Assembly (NCBI GenBank): GCA_963792005.1
Contig: CAWBUG010000002.1
Location: forward strand, 471,179-535,178
Reading direction: 5' to 3'
Length of the DNA stretch: 64,000 nucleotides
Source: Vulcanimicrobiota bacterium
GTDB lineage: Bacteria > Vulcanimicrobiota > Vulcanimicrobiia > Vulcanimicrobiales > Vulcanimicrobiaceae
Shown: one piece after another, positions 61,651 through 64,000 of the stretch
Numbering within the stretch: the stretch's first letter is position 1
Layout of the letters: the number at the start of each line of letters is the position of its first letter
Position numbers and translations under genes: made by a program
The notes under the pieces: generated by a model
The model's input: the letters and a program-made list of their open reading frames with translations, nothing else
What the model was told of the DNA's origin: nothing
Databases searched by the model: none

Positions 61651-61756
61651 CGGTAACCCTCCTTTCTGTGAAGCATATTACCCGTAGTCGCGGTTGGGGT
61701 TTGCAGGAGCGCCCGCCTCCAGGATATCGGCCGCGCGAGGCTGTACCACGGCGGCT

Positions 61757-62521
61757 ATGCAGTTAGAAGGACGAACTTTTCTGGTAAGCGGTGGCAGCTC
61801 CGGACTCGGCGCGGCCTGCGCGACGGCTTTTTCTCGTTGCGGTGCGAACGTCGTTATCTGCGACGTCAGCGAACGCGGCTCCGAGCTCGCGCGCGAACTC
61901 GGCGATTCGGTCGTTTTTGCGCGCACGGACGTCACCGACGGCGAGCAGGTTCAGCGTGCGGTCGATCTGGCCGCCGAGAAGTTCGGCGGACTGCACGGAG
62001 CGATCAACTGCGCCGGAATCGCGACGGCCGAACGAGTGATCGGGCGAAACGGCCCGCTCCCGCTTGAAAATTTTGCGAAGGTCATCTCGGTCAACCTGAT
62101 CGGAACGTTTAACGTCATCCGCCTGGCCGCGGCGAAGATGCTCGAGCGCGCGGTCGAACCGGGCGAGGATCGCGGGGTAATCGTCTGCACCGCGTCGGTT
62201 GCCGCCTACGACGGACAGGTTGGTCAGGCCGCATACTCGGCCTCGAAGGGCGGCGTCGTCGGAATGACGCTTCCGATTGCGCGCGAGTTCGCGCAGCATC
62301 AGATTCGCGTCGCCGGCATCGCGCCCGGCATTTTCGATACGCCGATGCTCGCCGGTTTGCCCGAAGCTGCGCGCGAGTCGCTCGGGAAGCAGGTTCCGTT
62401 TCCTTCGCGTCTGGGCAGGCCGGACGAATATGCGGCGCTCGCACGCCACATCGTCGAGAATCAAATGATCAACGGTGAGATCATCCGTCTCGACGGCGCA
62501 ATTCGTATGGCGCCGCGATAG
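61757..62521 (+). CDS. SDR family oxidoreductase (3-hydroxyacyl-CoA dehydrogenase type II-like)
   Basis: [18 protein letters not shown] and [10 protein letters not shown] motifs. Confidence 0.85.
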   Translation: MQLEGRTFLVSGGSSGLGAACATAFSRCGANVVICDVSERGSELARELGDSVVFARTDVTDGEQVQRAVDLAAEKFGGLHGAINCAGIATAERVIGRNGPLPLENFAKVISVNLIGTFNVIRLAAAKMLERAVEPGEDRGVIVCTASVAAYDGQVGQAAYSASKGGVVGMTLPIAREFAQHQIRVAGIAPGIFDTPMLAGLPEAARESLGKQVPFPSRLGRPDEYAALARHIVENQMINGEIIRLDGAIRMAPR

Positions 62522-62540
62522 GCTTCCAAGACTCTTCGGC

Positions 62541-63434
62541 GTGAAATCCGCGCTCGTCGCACCGCTCGTCTTGTTCGGCATCGCCATCGCTGCGGCGCCG
62601 TCGGTAGCGACACCGCGACCGGCAAGCGTTGCGACCCCCATCCCGTTGCCCTCACCGGAGCTGCTGCTCTATCAGATCCGCCGCCAGTTCCGGTCGCATC
62701 GGCCGCCGCCGCCATACGTCACGTACACGCTGGTCCGCAAGCAGACGCTCGACGACGGCTATCCGGACTTGCTCAACAGTTACACCTATCACATCTGGTG
62801 CCGCACAATCGATCGCGCCGCTCTCGGGCGGCGCGTCTACCGCGGCTCTTCCCGCGGAACGCTCGAGTTTCTGCGACCGTCGTTCAACGAGCCGTGGGAT
62901 CCCGGGCCTCCGACCGCCGATCTCTTCGAGCCGGCGCCGGTTCATCCGCATACGAATCCGCGCGAGTTCGTTCCGACGCCGGAGCCGACGGCGAGCCTTC
63001 CCCCGATCATCGCGACCGTCACCGCACTGGGCGAGTTCGACTATCGCGTCACGCGCGTCGCCGACGAGGGCGACCTTATCCACGTCAGCCTATTGCCTCG
63101 GCGCGACCCCGATCGCAACCGGCTGCGCGAACTCTACGTCGACCGCAAGACGCTCGAGCTCAAAGAAGTCATCGCGACCGACAAACTCTACGAAGAAGAC
63201 GGCGGGCACCACGTCTATCCGATGCTCTTCACGGTTACGCTCGGGTGGATGGACAACATGCCGGTCGTCACGAATATTCACGGCACGCCGACCTATCAGG
63301 CCGACGCTGACTACCTGGGCCGCGACGCGACGGTCGACTACGACTTCACCGACATCACGTTCCCCTCGTCACTGCCGCAGTGGTATTTCGATCCGCGGTC
63401 TTACGCCGCCCACGTAAACGACGCTCCCCTGTAA
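62541..63434 (+). CDS. hypothetical secreted protein
   Basis: The GTG start gives the signal-like VKSALVAPLVLFGIAIAAAPSVA. No family recognised. Confidence 0.5.
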   Translation: MKSALVAPLVLFGIAIAAAPSVATPRPASVATPIPLPSPELLLYQIRRQFRSHRPPPPYVTYTLVRKQTLDDGYPDLLNSYTYHIWCRTIDRAALGRRVYRGSSRGTLEFLRPSFNEPWDPGPPTADLFEPAPVHPHTNPREFVPTPEPTASLPPIIATVTALGEFDYRVTRVADEGDLIHVSLLPRRDPDRNRLRELYVDRKTLELKEVIATDKLYEEDGGHHVYPMLFTVTLGWMDNMPVVTNIHGTPTYQADADYLGRDATVDYDFTDITFPSSLPQWYFDPRSYAAHVNDAPL

Positions 63435-63444
63435 GAAAGGCATT

Positions 63445-63984
63445 CTATCCAAAGGGGGCGTTGGGTTTGACGAGTTGGGGATACTCCTGGCGCAGCTTGC
63501 GGAGCTTCGGCAGATCGTTGAAGACGATGTACGGATTGTCGGGATTGTGAATCGCGTAATCCTGATGGTATGACTCGGCGGGATAGAAGCCCCGCAGCGG
63601 CGCGACGATGGTGACGATCTTCGACGAATAGACGCGCTGCCGTTCGAGCTGGGCGATCGTCGCAATCGCCTCGGAGCGCTGCTGCTCCGTAGTGTAAAAA
63701 ATTTCCGAGCGGTATTGCGAACCGTCGTCCGGACCTTGCCGGTTGAGCTCCGTCGGGTCGTGCGCGACGCGAAAGTAGACGTCGAGCAGTTGGGCAAACG
63801 AGATTCGCGAGGGATCGTACGTGACTTCGACCGATTCGGCGTGGCCGGTCGTGCCGGTGCTCACCGTCTCGTATTGAGCGGTAGCGGCGTTTCCGCCGGC
63901 ATAACCGGCTACGGTGCGCTCCACTCCGTTGAGCGACTCGAAGACGAGCTGCATTCCCCAAAAACAGCCGCCGGCGAGAACCAC
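63445..63984 (-). CDS. msrA: peptide-methionine (S)-S-oxide reductase
   Basis: AGGCFWG active-site motif and GHAESV. The true start may lie beyond the window edge. Confidence 0.85.
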   Translation of the reverse strand: MVLAGGCFWGMQLVFESLNGVERTVAGYAGGNAATAQYETVSTGTTGHAESVEVTYDPSRISFAQLLDVYFRVAHDPTELNRQGPDDGSQYRSEIFYTTEQQRSEAIATIAQLERQRVYSSKIVTIVAPLRGFYPAESYHQDYAIHNPDNPYIVFNDLPKLRKLRQEYPQLVKPNAPFG

Positions 63985-64000
63985 GCGCTGCGTACCGCCG

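Overview
This is a visibly GC-rich bacterial chromosomal segment. I found no rRNA genes and no CRISPR array. All product calls come from reading motifs in the supplied translations. No BLAST, HMM or folding was run. Layout: (1) 0-6.1 kb holds housekeeping genes: ahpD-like/panB/pepA on the minus strand, then purM, a stand-alone GAF protein and a GNAT::PurN fusion. (2) 6.2-13.7 kb is a ~7.5 kb integrative mobilizable element in the 3' end of tRNA-Ala(GGC). It has 26-bp att direct repeats, a tyrosine integrase, Xis, a MOB relaxase and an RHH/Doc TA pair. Its cargo is a 7-repeat GloVer-type lipoprotein and a pRiA4b-ORF3-like gene. (3) 14-19 kb has a beta-propeller lipoprotein, DUF167, and a translationally coupled VOC / BNR-propeller / MoaD-like(GG) / S9-peptidase operon. 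(4) 19-26 kb is a signalling cluster: STAS, RHH, a 609-aa multidomain protein with a degenerate PP2C-like end, a REC-less CheB with a Zn-ribbon tail, a CheB-CheR-PAS fusion and a hemerythrin. (5) 26-36.4 kb holds bacterial topoisomerase IB, tRNA-Ile(GAU), an alpha/beta hydrolase and a prophage remnant (large serine recombinase, TerL, TerS, ParB-methyltransferase). It ends in a nested pair of IS3-family elements. (6) 36.4-42.3 kb is a decayed, ORF-poor accessory zone with gene fragments, an orphan STAS, a second DUF167 and two small Cys-rich ORFs. (7) 42.5-47.9 kb has a STAND/LuxR regulator plus two tandem paralogous lipoproteins. (8) 48-51.5 kb has small membrane ORFs, 45-bp direct repeats around a PDZ membrane gene, and a compact module of a signal-less lytic transglycosylase plus two small Gly/Ala-rich proteins sharing terminal motifs. 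(9) 51.6-58 kb is a conserved core block: yceD-rpmF-fabH-fabD-fabG-acpP-ffh-rpsP-KH-rimM. (10) 58-64 kb has mixed metabolic and membrane genes ending in a partial msrA. The candidates most worth follow-up are the transglycosylase/small-protein module, the BNR/beta-grasp/peptidase operon, the IME with its inferred attP architecture, and the STAS/pseudo-PP2C and CheB/CheR clusters.
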